Shown piece after piece: positions 41,636 to 51,180 of a stretch of 63,362 nucleotides of DNA. Every line of letters starts with the position of its first letter. The stretch's first letter is position 1. Source of the DNA: a virus; the IMG/VR virus record IMGVR_UViG_3300045988_114118; one strand, written 5' to 3'. Both the position numbers and the translations under genes were made by a program. A model generated the notes under the pieces. The model saw only the letters and a list, made by a program, of their open reading frames with translations. It was not told the DNA's origin and searched no databases.

Positions 41636-41797
41636 ATGAAAAATCCAAAAATAGCTAAGGAGTATAATGAATTCCTAGAAAGGAATAGTTTTGATAAATA
41701 CTCAGATAGAAAAAAATATATATCTAGTCCAACCACGCTACAATGCATGTATTGGAAACAGGTGGAACCGGTAGAAATAAAAAGTAACCAACCATAA
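41636..41797 (+). CDS. 53-aa hypothetical protein, third gene of the cassette
   Basis: internal ATG of track ORF 41537-41797 (MKNPKIAKEYNEF...). Confidence 0.35.
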   Translation: MKNPKIAKEYNEFLERNSFDKYSDRKKYISSPTTLQCMYWKQVEPVEIKSNQP

Positions 41798-41848
41798 AAA
41801 TTAAGCGTTGTATATGCCTTTGGTTTGAAAGGTTTAAACAACAACAAT

Positions 41849-41884
41849 AAGCGTCGTCAACACAAATTGGCGGCGCTTTTTTTG
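41849..41884 (+). terminator. rho-independent terminator after the cassette
   Basis: aagcgtcgtc/ggcggcgctt, 10-bp stem (two G.U), followed by a T-run. Confidence 0.7.
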
Positions 41885-41906
41885 TCTTATCCCCTTCCGC
41901 AAAGAA

Positions 41907-41956
41907 CTAGCAACAACCTCGCAACAAGCTAGCAAGGAGATATTTATTTAGCAAGG
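41907..41956 (+). promoter_or_regulatory. array of four GCAA-core repeats upstream of the 42019 operon
   Basis: ctaGCAAcaa, ctcGCAAcaa, ctaGCAAgga, ttaGCAAggc; core spacing 11, 11 and 19 bp. Confidence 0.45.
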
Positions 41957-42018
41957 CACTTCTCTGGATTTTTGTGGTGTCCGGGATAACCCGGATATGA
42001 CCATAAAAAACTTCACAT

Positions 42019-42780
42019 ATGGAAGCAGAGAAAATCATTAAAGAGAAAGAGATCGTCCATGAGGATGAGCACAGGGATTACGCGAGCAAGGGCGTGGGTA
42101 ACGCCGGCTTGACATTGGGTATCATTGGTACGGCTCTTGGAGCTTGGGCGGTGTCACGTAACCGTGGCGGCTTGTTCGGCGGTGGCTGGGGAGCCGGTAT
42201 GCCCGAGAACGTTAACATCAACACGACCACAGGAGGCGGTGGCGGTTCTGGTGTAGGCGCTCCGACAGCGTTCATGGCATGGGAGAAAGGTTGTGAGGAG
42301 GCTATTTCCTTGACTAACTCATTGTGGGGACTTCACGTGTCCAGCATGCAGGCCGATTACGACCATCGTAATACGGATGTAGCCGAGAAATTCCAGCTTT
42401 ACCAATCACAGGTAAACGGCGATTTCGGGAACTACAAGGCTATCCGTGATCTTAACGACTATCAAACCGACAAGCTTAACAATGCGGCGTTTGGCCTTTA
42501 CAAGAGCCAACGTGATGGTTTTGACGTATTGGCTAATCGAATCAGCCATCTAGAAAAAGAGGTAGCCGTAGGTGCCGCTATCCGTCCTTACCAAGATCGT
42601 CTGATCCAGTGCGAGATTGACAAGGCGTTCACGGCTTCTGTCAACTACACGAGACAGCTTGATTGTCGTAACATCAAGGGCGAGTTGGTATTGCCTAACA
42701 CCCCTGTCGTTACCGGTTATGGGAGTTACCGTAGCTGCTGTGGGTTTCCCCAGACAAGCGCCCCCGCTGAGACAGCTTGA
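42019..42780 (+). CDS. glycine-rich membrane-associated protein (putative virion protein)
   Basis: GNAGLTLGIIGTALGAWAV TM segment, GGGGGSG tract. Confidence 0.6.
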   Translation: MEAEKIIKEKEIVHEDEHRDYASKGVGNAGLTLGIIGTALGAWAVSRNRGGLFGGGWGAGMPENVNINTTTGGGGGSGVGAPTAFMAWEKGCEEAISLTNSLWGLHVSSMQADYDHRNTDVAEKFQLYQSQVNGDFGNYKAIRDLNDYQTDKLNNAAFGLYKSQRDGFDVLANRISHLEKEVAVGAAIRPYQDRLIQCEIDKAFTASVNYTRQLDCRNIKGELVLPNTPVVTGYGSYRSCCGFPQTSAPAETA

Positions 42781-42837
42781 TAATCCGAAGCCCAAACCCA
42801 AGGCGAAGGCTAAGGTTAGCAAGAGAAAGAAAAGTTA

Positions 42838-42862
42838 GTGGTAGCCCCTCGGGGCTTACCAC
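42838..42862 (+). terminator. strong hairpin between the 42019 gene and the next gene
   Basis: gtggtagccc/gggcttaccac, about 10-bp stem, followed by tttcc. Confidence 0.5.
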
Positions 42863-42894
42863 TTTCCTATTACCAACCACTAACAAAAGATATT

Positions 42895-43401
42895 ATGGCA
42901 TTAAATAACGTATACATAGGAGGTGACCCGTTATTGGGGTCTAACGGTAACATGAGCAATGAGATGGAGGCTTATGAGCGTCAGTTGCAAGAGACCCTCA
43001 ATCAGATACAAGTTCATAAACAGAGGGTGTTAAACCCTCAGAACCCCAAAAGAAGCCAATCTCCATTATGGGATGAGATGGACAAGGTCGTTAACGACAT
43101 GACGGACATGGAGATCGAGGCGTTAAACAACGACCCGGAATACCAGAAGGCGCAAAACGCGCTGATGGGAATCCTTAACCGGGAATACATGCGTATCATG
43201 CGCCCGATCGTGGAAGAATCCAAGGACGGAAAGGAGATACTGGACAGCCTTATGGCAATCACAAAAAGAGTCAAGAAATCGGCCTCGGAGGAAGCGAACA
43301 AGAATATAGCGCTCTTTAATGAGTATACGTCTAAATACGCCGATATGCCCTACGCTGAGTTCCTGAAGCTGAAGAACAGTGGCAAGAAACAACCTAATTA
43401 A
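42895..43401 (+). CDS. hypothetical protein
   Basis: track ORF; ATG at 42895 preferred because the upstream part is the hairpin. Confidence 0.55.
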   Translation: MALNNVYIGGDPLLGSNGNMSNEMEAYERQLQETLNQIQVHKQRVLNPQNPKRSQSPLWDEMDKVVNDMTDMEIEALNNDPEYQKAQNALMGILNREYMRIMRPIVEESKDGKEILDSLMAITKRVKKSASEEANKNIALFNEYTSKYADMPYAEFLKLKNSGKKQPN

Positions 43402-43409
43402 TCGGGATC

Positions 43410-43853
43410 ATGGAACTGAAACAGCAAGCGTTGGAATTGAAGAGCCGGTTGGTGAACTCGGTGGAGATATGGGCGGAGGAAAGGGTTGACTCTTTCGTCT
43501 CTGGGAACACGGCATTCAAGCCCCTCGGCAAGTATCTTAAAAGAGGTGTCCACAACATCCTCGTGCAAAAGGACAAGGAGATCACTGATAAGGTGGAGGG
43601 TTTCATGATGTTCGTCGCTGACGAGAACGGCAATTACGATAAGGAAGAGCTATTCGATGACGCTATGAACGTATTCAAGAGCATGAAGCCGTATAAGTTC
43701 GAGCAAGGATTTATCAAGGGTACGATCGGGGAAGGCTCCATCTTGATAGAGCTTCCTGATAACGGCCTCATGAATTTTATCCTTGGTGACACTAACGCTA
43801 TCCGTATAACGGAAGCGGATTTTTTGGAGTTGAAATCAATATTTACCGAATAA
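43410..43853 (+). CDS. hypothetical protein
   Basis: track ORF of 147 aa. Confidence 0.6.
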   Translation: MELKQQALELKSRLVNSVEIWAEERVDSFVSGNTAFKPLGKYLKRGVHNILVQKDKEITDKVEGFMMFVADENGNYDKEELFDDAMNVFKSMKPYKFEQGFIKGTIGEGSILIELPDNGLMNFILGDTNAIRITEADFLELKSIFTE

Positions 43854-43864
43854 TAATATGAGAT

Positions 43865-44356
43865 ATGAGATACAAGGAATTGATGAAGGACTATCATTCG
43901 AAAGGAATGGTATCCGAAAAAAAGATGTGGGAGGCCATAGGAGAACTGGACGAGGCGATGGAGTGTCTAAAGGAAAAAGATCCCGAGAAGTATGACGAGG
44001 CCATACGTGATATACATGAGGTTTTTTGCGGTCCTCATTATAATGAGCATTTCGCTAAGATGGACGTGGCGGCAATGCACCATAAAGGCAAGTCGGGGGA
44101 GGATAAGGGTGAGCACTGGAACATCCAGCAAGTAACCGCCGTAGCTAAAGGCATGAGCATACCGGGAAATACCAACATATGGGATGTGTACGTCGCTCTT
44201 AACGCGAACTGGCACGACAAGGAGGTGAAGTTCTCGGAATGGTTCGGTCCGGACGCCGAGAAAAAGATCATCGAGGATGCTATTAATTTCTACTTCATGG
44301 ACGATGACGCTCCTGAAGGCAAGGTCTGGATTTACATGTGCGCTATGGATGATTAG
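43865..44356 (+). CDS. hypothetical protein
   Basis: track ORF of 163 aa. Confidence 0.6.
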   Translation: MRYKELMKDYHSKGMVSEKKMWEAIGELDEAMECLKEKDPEKYDEAIRDIHEVFCGPHYNEHFAKMDVAAMHHKGKSGEDKGEHWNIQQVTAVAKGMSIPGNTNIWDVYVALNANWHDKEVKFSEWFGPDAEKKIIEDAINFYFMDDDAPEGKVWIYMCAMDD

Positions 44357-44516
44357 GACACGATCACATAACAAGAAAAGAAACGATTCTGTAAGACGGG
44401 AGATAGACCGCCTTATAGAATCGTTGTCGTTCGAGCCTATAAACTTTCATGAGGTTATGGCCCGGATTAGGCACTTGATGTGCCATGAATATTCTATGAA
44501 TAAGAAATATCGTTAG
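44349..44516 (+). CDS. 55-aa basic hypothetical protein (uncertain)
   Basis: internal ATG of track ORF 44277-44516; fills an otherwise empty gap. Confidence 0.3.
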   Translation: MIRTRSHNKKRNDSVRREIDRLIESLSFEPINFHEVMARIRHLMCHEYSMNKKYR

Positions 44517-44553
44517 TATATTCTGGATTTCACTTCCTTTGAGAAAAAAAATA

Positions 44554-45096
44554 ATGGACATAGCTATTCGAAAAGCAGATATTTATAAGGAAGTGGAGAA
44601 GATTACCTCTATAACTGGTTCCTCTATAAACATGGAAGACGGATCGACCTTGTATGATAAGGTGTGGGCCAATGAATACGATCAAGGTACTTTAGATACA
44701 TTCTGGAGGAATGCTGTAAACACAGTCATATCTCTGTTCATTCGTTATCTGGACAAGGATACGGTAAAACATAATATTATTGAGACTGACAGAGGAGAGA
44801 TATTTTCCTTGAAAGTAAAGATGCCTGAGCGTTTTGACCGAAGGCTTGAGGGAGGAGTTTGCGACTTGGTTTCGGATTTATTGGCTACAATTGTCTTGTC
44901 TGGATGGTTTGAGCTAAAATTACCGGAAAAAGTCAAGACCTATAATGATAAGGCGATAGCGTTATCGTCAGAAATAAGAGGAGAGCTATTATATCGTGTC
45001 TCCCCGGTGCGAGAGAATAGAAAAGACTATGGATTAGATAATTTTATATTCGATCAAGTTTATGGCAAATGTACGGATTGTCCTTCACAAGGATGA
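44554..45096 (+). CDS. hypothetical protein
   Basis: track ORF, ATG at 44554. Confidence 0.6.
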   Translation: MDIAIRKADIYKEVEKITSITGSSINMEDGSTLYDKVWANEYDQGTLDTFWRNAVNTVISLFIRYLDKDTVKHNIIETDRGEIFSLKVKMPERFDRRLEGGVCDLVSDLLATIVLSGWFELKLPEKVKTYNDKAIALSSEIRGELLYRVSPVRENRKDYGLDNFIFDQVYGKCTDCPSQG

Positions 45097-45100
45097 GATA

Positions 45101-45559
45101 ATGGCAGATATAAAGGCTATAGCCCATGTTACAGGAAGAAGGTTATTGACCCCGGATAATATGGATAAAGCCTCGGATATACAAACACCGGAGGAAGGCC
45201 CGGACCTAGATATTGTTGCCCGGGCATTATCTTCCGCCTTTGATAACATAAAGCACGTATGTTCAAGATACCTCAATGTAGGTAGGCTGGAGGATTTTAA
45301 CAGCCTAGAGGATATATCAGGAGACTATGTGATAAATCTCAATATGCCTTTACGTTGGAACTATTCCGCGACATCCCGCATTAAGAGCTTAATGCACGAG
45401 CATATTGTTTGCTACGGATTGTACTCTATCTTTGAGAAGACCAATCCTGAGGACGCTACTATTTACTTGGAAAAAGCCAGCGGGCAACTGTCTTTGATAA
45501 AACCGGCCCTAGAATTGAGGACCGGTCCGATAAGGAGGAGGATTGATCCGTTTATCTAG
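45101..45559 (+). CDS. hypothetical protein
   Basis: track ORF, ATG at 45101 just after the preceding stop. Confidence 0.6.
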   Translation: MADIKAIAHVTGRRLLTPDNMDKASDIQTPEEGPDLDIVARALSSAFDNIKHVCSRYLNVGRLEDFNSLEDISGDYVINLNMPLRWNYSATSRIKSLMHEHIVCYGLYSIFEKTNPEDATIYLEKASGQLSLIKPALELRTGPIRRRIDPFI

Positions 45560-48251
45560 GCTTGTTTCTCCATTTTGGAGTATAATATACGGATATGACG
45601 GATATCGACTTTTGCCTTGTCAGATTAGCGGTGACCAGAATCCTGAAATATTTGAATGGTGTTCCGCATATTCTAGAAAGATACGGGCCAATAACGCTTC
45701 CGACGGGAAAATAAAAGATCCCGTCGGTACTAGCGTACAAGACAAATGATATATCGGTCTTGTTGAAAACTCCCCTACAAACAATATTATTGACAGTCTT
45801 CAGCATGTCATCCCCCAATTTAATCGGCCTTGTAAGGATAATTCCCTTTTTATTGTCGTTGCTGTCGTTATCTACTTTTGAGGATAGATCTATTATTTTG
45901 CTATTGGTTGATTGTAAAAAGGTCGATGGATAATCTGGAACAGCGTATTTATACGCCGATGATATCGTGCCCCATGTCCCTTGGTTAATGGAATAGACAT
46001 ATGCGTATACCTTATCAGGATTTATTACCATTATTCTCCCATTCGGATAATCATAGGCCATAAATGCGTCCTTTATGTAATCTTTAAAAGGTGTCATCTG
46101 ATTTATCTCTCCTGCTAGAAGCTCTTTTGTAGCTATCTCCGACAGTGATTTGATAGAAGCGATATCTAGGCTTGGGCCATCGAGGATCGAGGATATAAGC
46201 GTGGTATCTCCTCCTGATACTATCATAATGCCTTTCTCGGACGTGAAAGCGACCGCCCCGTCAAGCTGTGTGATAGATCTGGGGTTTGAGCATACGTCCC
46301 TGCTCATAGGCTGTTTGGTTGAGTATGTACCATCGGAGGATACTTCCATGGCCCAAATACCATCGGTAGAGAATACCAGTAACGGGAATTGTCCGAATTG
46401 TCCGGTGGATATAGGTCTTGTCGTGGAAGTTATCCCAAGGATTTTACCCACCCCAACGGTATTTATCCCTTTCAATGGAAAATAAAAGGGATTATTGACC
46501 TCGGAGGTATATAGTTTGTTGGGCTGGATGATTGACTTGTCCTCGGTCTCTATTGAATTATTATAAAATCCAAAAGAAAGGTCGTTAAACGGCCTTGCGT
46601 AATATGCGCCATTGAGCAAGGAATGCGGAGATAAGAAAACCTCCTCGGTATCGATTGCGCTACCTCTTTCAATAACCATACGATATGCGTCAGTATCGGG
46701 ATAATATAGGTAATATATATGCCCATCTAATGGTATATTGGTCTGCGATTTTACGACTATTTCTTTCCCCTCTTTCTTGATATGCGTATATACGGAGAAA
46801 GAATTGGCCGCCGTGTTGGAATAGCATACCATACTGTCTAGAGGATATCCGTCAAATAGTGTCGCTTTTACTCCGGCTATATTGAGCCTTGAATTGTACG
46901 GGTAGATAAAAGATGGCAATAAGGAATGGTTGCCGATATAAGTGTCATCCAGTCTTTCTCTTGTCTCTAGATTCTCCCAATTCCCTACAATGATAGCCTC
47001 TCTCTCCCCATAGGTTATATTGTCTATATTTATTGAATCTATTTTATAGAAAAGAGATATAGAGGAAATATCGTCTATTGCGTTATCCTTGCGTGGCAGT
47101 TCCAATATAAGATCATTCTCAAATATATCCGGTGTGTCTGAATATGCGTTTTGATACGCTTCCTTGAAATTAAGTTTCCCGTATTTATTGTCTGTAGGTC
47201 TTTTTACTATACCCCAAAAAGAATAAGGAAGCTGTGTGTTATTTAATGATTTTATGTTGTCGATACTACCAGATTGGTCGAATGTGTATATCGGCGCAGA
47301 TATAAATATATCAATAGACTTGATGATATCGTTCCATGACGCTAGACTAGAGGATGGTTCGGATATAAATCTGTCTAATCCTCCGGTAATCGACAATACA
47401 CGTCCTTTAATAGTGTGTATCGCTAACGTCTCCATCTCCTCTTCTCTATCAGTCCCGGGATGTACGATGACGGTGTCTGTTGATGCTTCGTATGTAATGG
47501 CGGCCATTGGAGCCATGTCCGATGACGGTATCATTAAAATAGGAGCTGAATGCATGGTATAATTCCCATCATACAACCTATATGCGTATCGTACAAAGAA
47601 GGGGAATATAAACGAGCTATTGCTCCTTGATTTGTTGTTGATAAATTCTATGGCTCTAGCCATTACCGTATCCGTTATAGCTCTTTTATTGTTATCGGTT
47701 AAATTGTTTAAGACATCGATGACAGCTATTTTATCCGGTAACTCAATAGAGAATAAATCAGATCTAGCGACATTCCCTCTTAGTCCAAATGATATGGACA
47801 GGAAGGGAGGCTTCTCGCCAAGGTAGTGATATCCATCGTCTTTTAACAAGATATATGACATTCTCTTGTCCGTAAGGATGATCAATGTGTTCCCTATGCT
47901 GGTGATCTTGTCCCATCTTTCTCCACTTTGAAGCGTGTAATCAATGGGGACATCTTCCCTTTCTGAGGTGCCGGACAGCTCAAACCCTATCAGATGATCG
48001 CTTTTTGAGCAGATAAATATTTTTCTGGAAGACGTATTATGGACAAATAGCAAGTTCTCATCTGTATTTAGAGTAAGGAACGGTTCTGGGAATGTCACCG
48101 CTCTCATGCTTCCGTTCTCGGATATCAAGTTTAAGGATATATCCAAGTCTCCATCGTTACAATCAAGGTTAGATGTATTGGCGGATAAGCCTGTTAATCT
48201 GATATTGCTCTCTTCCATGTTTTTTGAGGTAAAATTATCGCTGGATATCAT
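45552..48251 (-). CDS. large hypothetical protein (899 aa)
   Basis: long ORF; last gene of the minus-strand early/middle operon; no motif recognised. Confidence 0.8.
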   Translation of the reverse strand: MISSDNFTSKNMEESNIRLTGLSANTSNLDCNDGDLDISLNLISENGSMRAVTFPEPFLTLNTDENLLFVHNTSSRKIFICSKSDHLIGFELSGTSEREDVPIDYTLQSGERWDKITSIGNTLIILTDKRMSYILLKDDGYHYLGEKPPFLSISFGLRGNVARSDLFSIELPDKIAVIDVLNNLTDNNKRAITDTVMARAIEFINNKSRSNSSFIFPFFVRYAYRLYDGNYTMHSAPILMIPSSDMAPMAAITYEASTDTVIVHPGTDREEEMETLAIHTIKGRVLSITGGLDRFISEPSSSLASWNDIIKSIDIFISAPIYTFDQSGSIDNIKSLNNTQLPYSFWGIVKRPTDNKYGKLNFKEAYQNAYSDTPDIFENDLILELPRKDNAIDDISSISLFYKIDSINIDNITYGEREAIIVGNWENLETRERLDDTYIGNHSLLPSFIYPYNSRLNIAGVKATLFDGYPLDSMVCYSNTAANSFSVYTHIKKEGKEIVVKSQTNIPLDGHIYYLYYPDTDAYRMVIERGSAIDTEEVFLSPHSLLNGAYYARPFNDLSFGFYNNSIETEDKSIIQPNKLYTSEVNNPFYFPLKGINTVGVGKILGITSTTRPISTGQFGQFPLLVFSTDGIWAMEVSSDGTYSTKQPMSRDVCSNPRSITQLDGAVAFTSEKGIMIVSGGDTTLISSILDGPSLDIASIKSLSEIATKELLAGEINQMTPFKDYIKDAFMAYDYPNGRIMVINPDKVYAYVYSINQGTWGTISSAYKYAVPDYPSTFLQSTNSKIIDLSSKVDNDSNDNKKGIILTRPIKLGDDMLKTVNNIVCRGVFNKTDISFVLYASTDGIFYFPVGSVIGPYLSRICGTPFKYFRILVTANLTRQKSISVISVYYTPKWRNKPR

Positions 48252-48284
48252 AAATCCAGCGATAAAACTTGTTTGATAACAAGG

Positions 48285-48641
48285 TTATTGATCTGGCCCG
48301 ATGATCCGTCTTGTTATAATTGGAGTCCTCTCATTCTCCGTTGCTCCAAGCCTGAAAGACAAAGAAGGCTTGAACAAGTCTTTCCCTTTTATATCGGGAA
48401 GCCTATAGACATTATTGGTCACGTTTGAGCAATGGAAACGATAGTGGTTCCCTTTGACAGAGAATGGACGTATACCATCAGGATCTTTTTGGATATAAAG
48501 GTTCCCGTTATCATCTATGACGAATGATATGGAATCGTAGTTGCACAAACCTATTATTTTTGCGGCTGGGCTTAATATCTCAATTAGCCCGCTCTTATGA
48601 AACCTTATGTGAGGCTTTACCAATCTTGTTATTATTCGCAT
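48285..48641 (-). CDS. hypothetical protein
   Basis: track ORF of 118 aa. Confidence 0.6.
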   Translation of the reverse strand: MRIITRLVKPHIRFHKSGLIEILSPAAKIIGLCNYDSISFVIDDNGNLYIQKDPDGIRPFSVKGNHYRFHCSNVTNNVYRLPDIKGKDLFKPSLSFRLGATENERTPIITRRIIGPDQ

Positions 48642-48979
48642 ATCTCGAAATATTTAATTCCATTTGTTTCTTTCTCTCTTACTTTTAATATCCTAGAACC
48701 ATGAATATTTATACCGGTAATAGCGATGAAGTACTCAAGTGAAGGAATCGTGAAAAAAAATTTTCCGGGGGTGTCTCTTTCCCCTGTGCGTTCGACCATG
48801 TTACATTGTGTCTTGAATGTCTCAGATGAGGTCCTTTTTATTATGGCGAACTTGTCGCTTCCCTTTAGCTTAACAATTTGGATAAAAGCGGGATGCCCCT
48901 TCTTGAAATTCATCTTTTTGAATAATTTTCTGCCTATTTTGGCGAACTGATTCTTTTTATTGTAAATCTCGATATACAT
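48632..48979 (-). CDS. hypothetical protein
   Basis: track ORF of 115 aa. Confidence 0.6.
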   Translation of the reverse strand: MYIEIYNKKNQFAKIGRKLFKKMNFKKGHPAFIQIVKLKGSDKFAIIKRTSSETFKTQCNMVERTGERDTPGKFFFTIPSLEYFIAITGINIHGSRILKVREKETNGIKYFEICE

Positions 48980-49033
48980 GGTTTTATATTTAATCGTTTA
49001 ACATTTATACTTGCTTGGCATTTGATGTGCCTG

Positions 49034-49858
49034 TTATGATGACATGTATTTTTTTACGACATCCATATTACTAAAGGACATGGATAGAAACCGCACTGAG
49101 TCATTCCTTACGCTAGTCAATGCCTCCACGTTGTCTTCAAATGGATTTAACGATTTTATGGCGGAGACAAGATCATGCATACAATAGCATGCCAACAATA
49201 CATACGATCCCATGACCTCTGAATTGTTTTGTTCAGCGGCTTTATGCAATACTTTGTCTGCGAATCCCATCTTAACCATATTGCCATTGTCATCTTTTTG
49301 ATACATAGGTATATCAACTCCCATTTTGTCCTTGAAAAAATCCGCTATGGATAAATTAGCCTCTGCTTGTAGGCATCCGTATAGCCTCTCCAAATCTTTC
49401 GGGATGGTCTCTTGAACTATATCTGTCCAATCATCACAGACCAACTCCCTTATGACTGAGTAAGGCTCAAGCCTGTCATTGGGAATATCCATGACTTTCA
49501 CGCTTCCATCCTCGTTATAGTCATCGTCATCGCCGCCATATTCATTAACGCTCTCGACACGTTTCGATGAAGCGTAATATTTCCAGCTCCCACCAAACTC
49601 TGTCAGGTATTCATCCAGTGTTTTTATCCATCCATTCAGCTTGTATATGAATTGATGAAGATACATTTCCCACAAGCATGTATCATAAAAAAGATCAATG
49701 CAATATCGGCTATTTTCATCATCTTTATGACGAAAAGTACGGGGTGCGGATATGATTCTCGCCATATCCAAATTCCCTAACACCTTATTGAAAAAGTTGG
49801 CCAATAAACTGTCTTCATCTATGCGTGATAACAGCTCATAAAAAGGTTTATCTCTCAT
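49034..49858 (-). CDS. hypothetical protein
   Basis: track ORF of 274 aa. Confidence 0.65.
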   Translation of the reverse strand: MRDKPFYELLSRIDEDSLLANFFNKVLGNLDMARIISAPRTFRHKDDENSRYCIDLFYDTCLWEMYLHQFIYKLNGWIKTLDEYLTEFGGSWKYYASSKRVESVNEYGGDDDDYNEDGSVKVMDIPNDRLEPYSVIRELVCDDWTDIVQETIPKDLERLYGCLQAEANLSIADFFKDKMGVDIPMYQKDDNGNMVKMGFADKVLHKAAEQNNSEVMGSYVLLACYCMHDLVSAIKSLNPFEDNVEALTSVRNDSVRFLSMSFSNMDVVKKYMSS

Positions 49859-50655
49859 TAGGCTGAAATTTTAAGGTTATACAAATCAAGGATGAACTTC
49901 TTCCCGGCCTCCGTCCAATACATATGCTGGCGTGTCTTTATCTCGCCGTTGCTATCCGTATATGGATGTGGCTTGTGAAAGGTAAACCCCTTGTCCCTGT
50001 ATTTAGAGTAAAGAAAGTATGTGCCGCTTTCCTTGTATTGCACGCCCCACTCGCAAAGCAGCTTGTTCAATTTGATATCGGAGATACCGAGGCATGAAGC
50101 TATCATGTTAACCGTTAGATAACCCTTGGATGAAAGAACCTTATCGCAATATTCCGCTTTTGGGGCGGATATCCTTAATTCTTGCGCTTGCAGCTCTATC
50201 GTGGCTTGTTTATGTTCATTCTCGATCTCAAGCGTTTTTAGCCGTTCCTCTTTCCTTAATAGAGTGGCTTGCGCTATGGTCAATGCTCGTGCCATGATCT
50301 CCTCCGGGGTATCCTCCGGTTTGGCGACCATGTAACCTCCGGTCTTGCGGATTGAGGGGAGAACCTCGTGTGTTATCCAACGAGAGAAAGGTCTAGCTTT
50401 TGGACTATCGCTTTTTAATACCGCATCATACATCCCGGCTTCTGATACAAATACCGCTTGTTGGGTTCTACCTAAATTGTCTATGATGTCCACCAGATGG
50501 ACGTCATCTTCATCTAACCTGTTCTTCACGTTTCTGCTATTCGCTATATCGACCGCCTTGCATATATCTACCAAGCAGAATAAAGGGTTCTCATTAGTCC
50601 CGGCTACTCTCACTTCACCGAAAAGATCGTTCTTGAATATTTCGATTCCTTTCAT
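49858..50655 (-). CDS. antirepressor (Bro-N plus KilAC-type C-terminus)
   Basis: FGEVRVAGTNENPLFCLVDICKAVDI...VSEAGMYDAVLKSDSPKARPFSRWITHEVLPSIRKTGGY. Confidence 0.8.
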   Translation of the reverse strand: MKGIEIFKNDLFGEVRVAGTNENPLFCLVDICKAVDIANSRNVKNRLDEDDVHLVDIIDNLGRTQQAVFVSEAGMYDAVLKSDSPKARPFSRWITHEVLPSIRKTGGYMVAKPEDTPEEIMARALTIAQATLLRKEERLKTLEIENEHKQATIELQAQELRISAPKAEYCDKVLSSKGYLTVNMIASCLGISDIKLNKLLCEWGVQYKESGTYFLYSKYRDKGFTFHKPHPYTDSNGEIKTRQHMYWTEAGKKFILDLYNLKISA

Positions 50656-50753
50656 AATACGTAAGTCTTTAAAATTTCTGACAAAATAATTTTCAATGTT
50701 GATTTACAGTGGGGCCAAAACAGTAACCCCCTTTTTACAATGTGATTAATGAT

Positions 50754-50963
50754 TTAACTGATTGATCTTAATTTTCTTAACTCGCTATAAAGTAGATATA
50801 TTGTCCCGACATCATCCTTGAAAGTCTCGGAACGCTCCTCATTCACGGTCATGGAGTAATTAAACAGAAGGTCTATTAAAGCCTCGCATAACTCCTCCGG
50901 GGTAATGACCTTGGAAAAGAAATCATCGAGACCGGACAGATCAAAATGAATCTTGTCGGTCAT
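50754..50963 (-). CDS. hypothetical protein
   Basis: track ORF of 69 aa, 4-nt overlap with the upstream gene. Confidence 0.5.
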   Translation of the reverse strand: MTDKIHFDLSGLDDFFSKVITPEELCEALIDLLFNYSMTVNEERSETFKDDVGTIYLLYSELRKLRSIS

Positions 50964-51178
50964 GGCATACCTCCTTTCTCCATCCCTGCTAAAATGAATG
51001 CGGATATCAGTAAGATCAACGCCTTGACATAGCCTTTGGCATCGTCAACGCTTTCACACTCGCATATACCGAACGGTAATACGTTAAACACTCTGGCGAC
51101 ATTTCGCCACGAAAAGAACTTTCCGGCTCTTACGGACACGGGTACGGGCGTACCGGTGGCTTGAATCGTTTGCTTCAT
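50960..51178 (-). CDS. small C-terminally membrane-anchored protein, paralog of the 58152-58382 gene
   Basis: F.SWR..A....FG..EC....GYVKALILLISAFILAGMEKGG is shared with the 58152 gene. Confidence 0.55.
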   Translation of the reverse strand: MKQTIQATGTPVPVSVRAGKFFSWRNVARVFNVLPFGICECESVDDAKGYVKALILLISAFILAGMEKGGMP

Positions 51179-51180
51179 CT

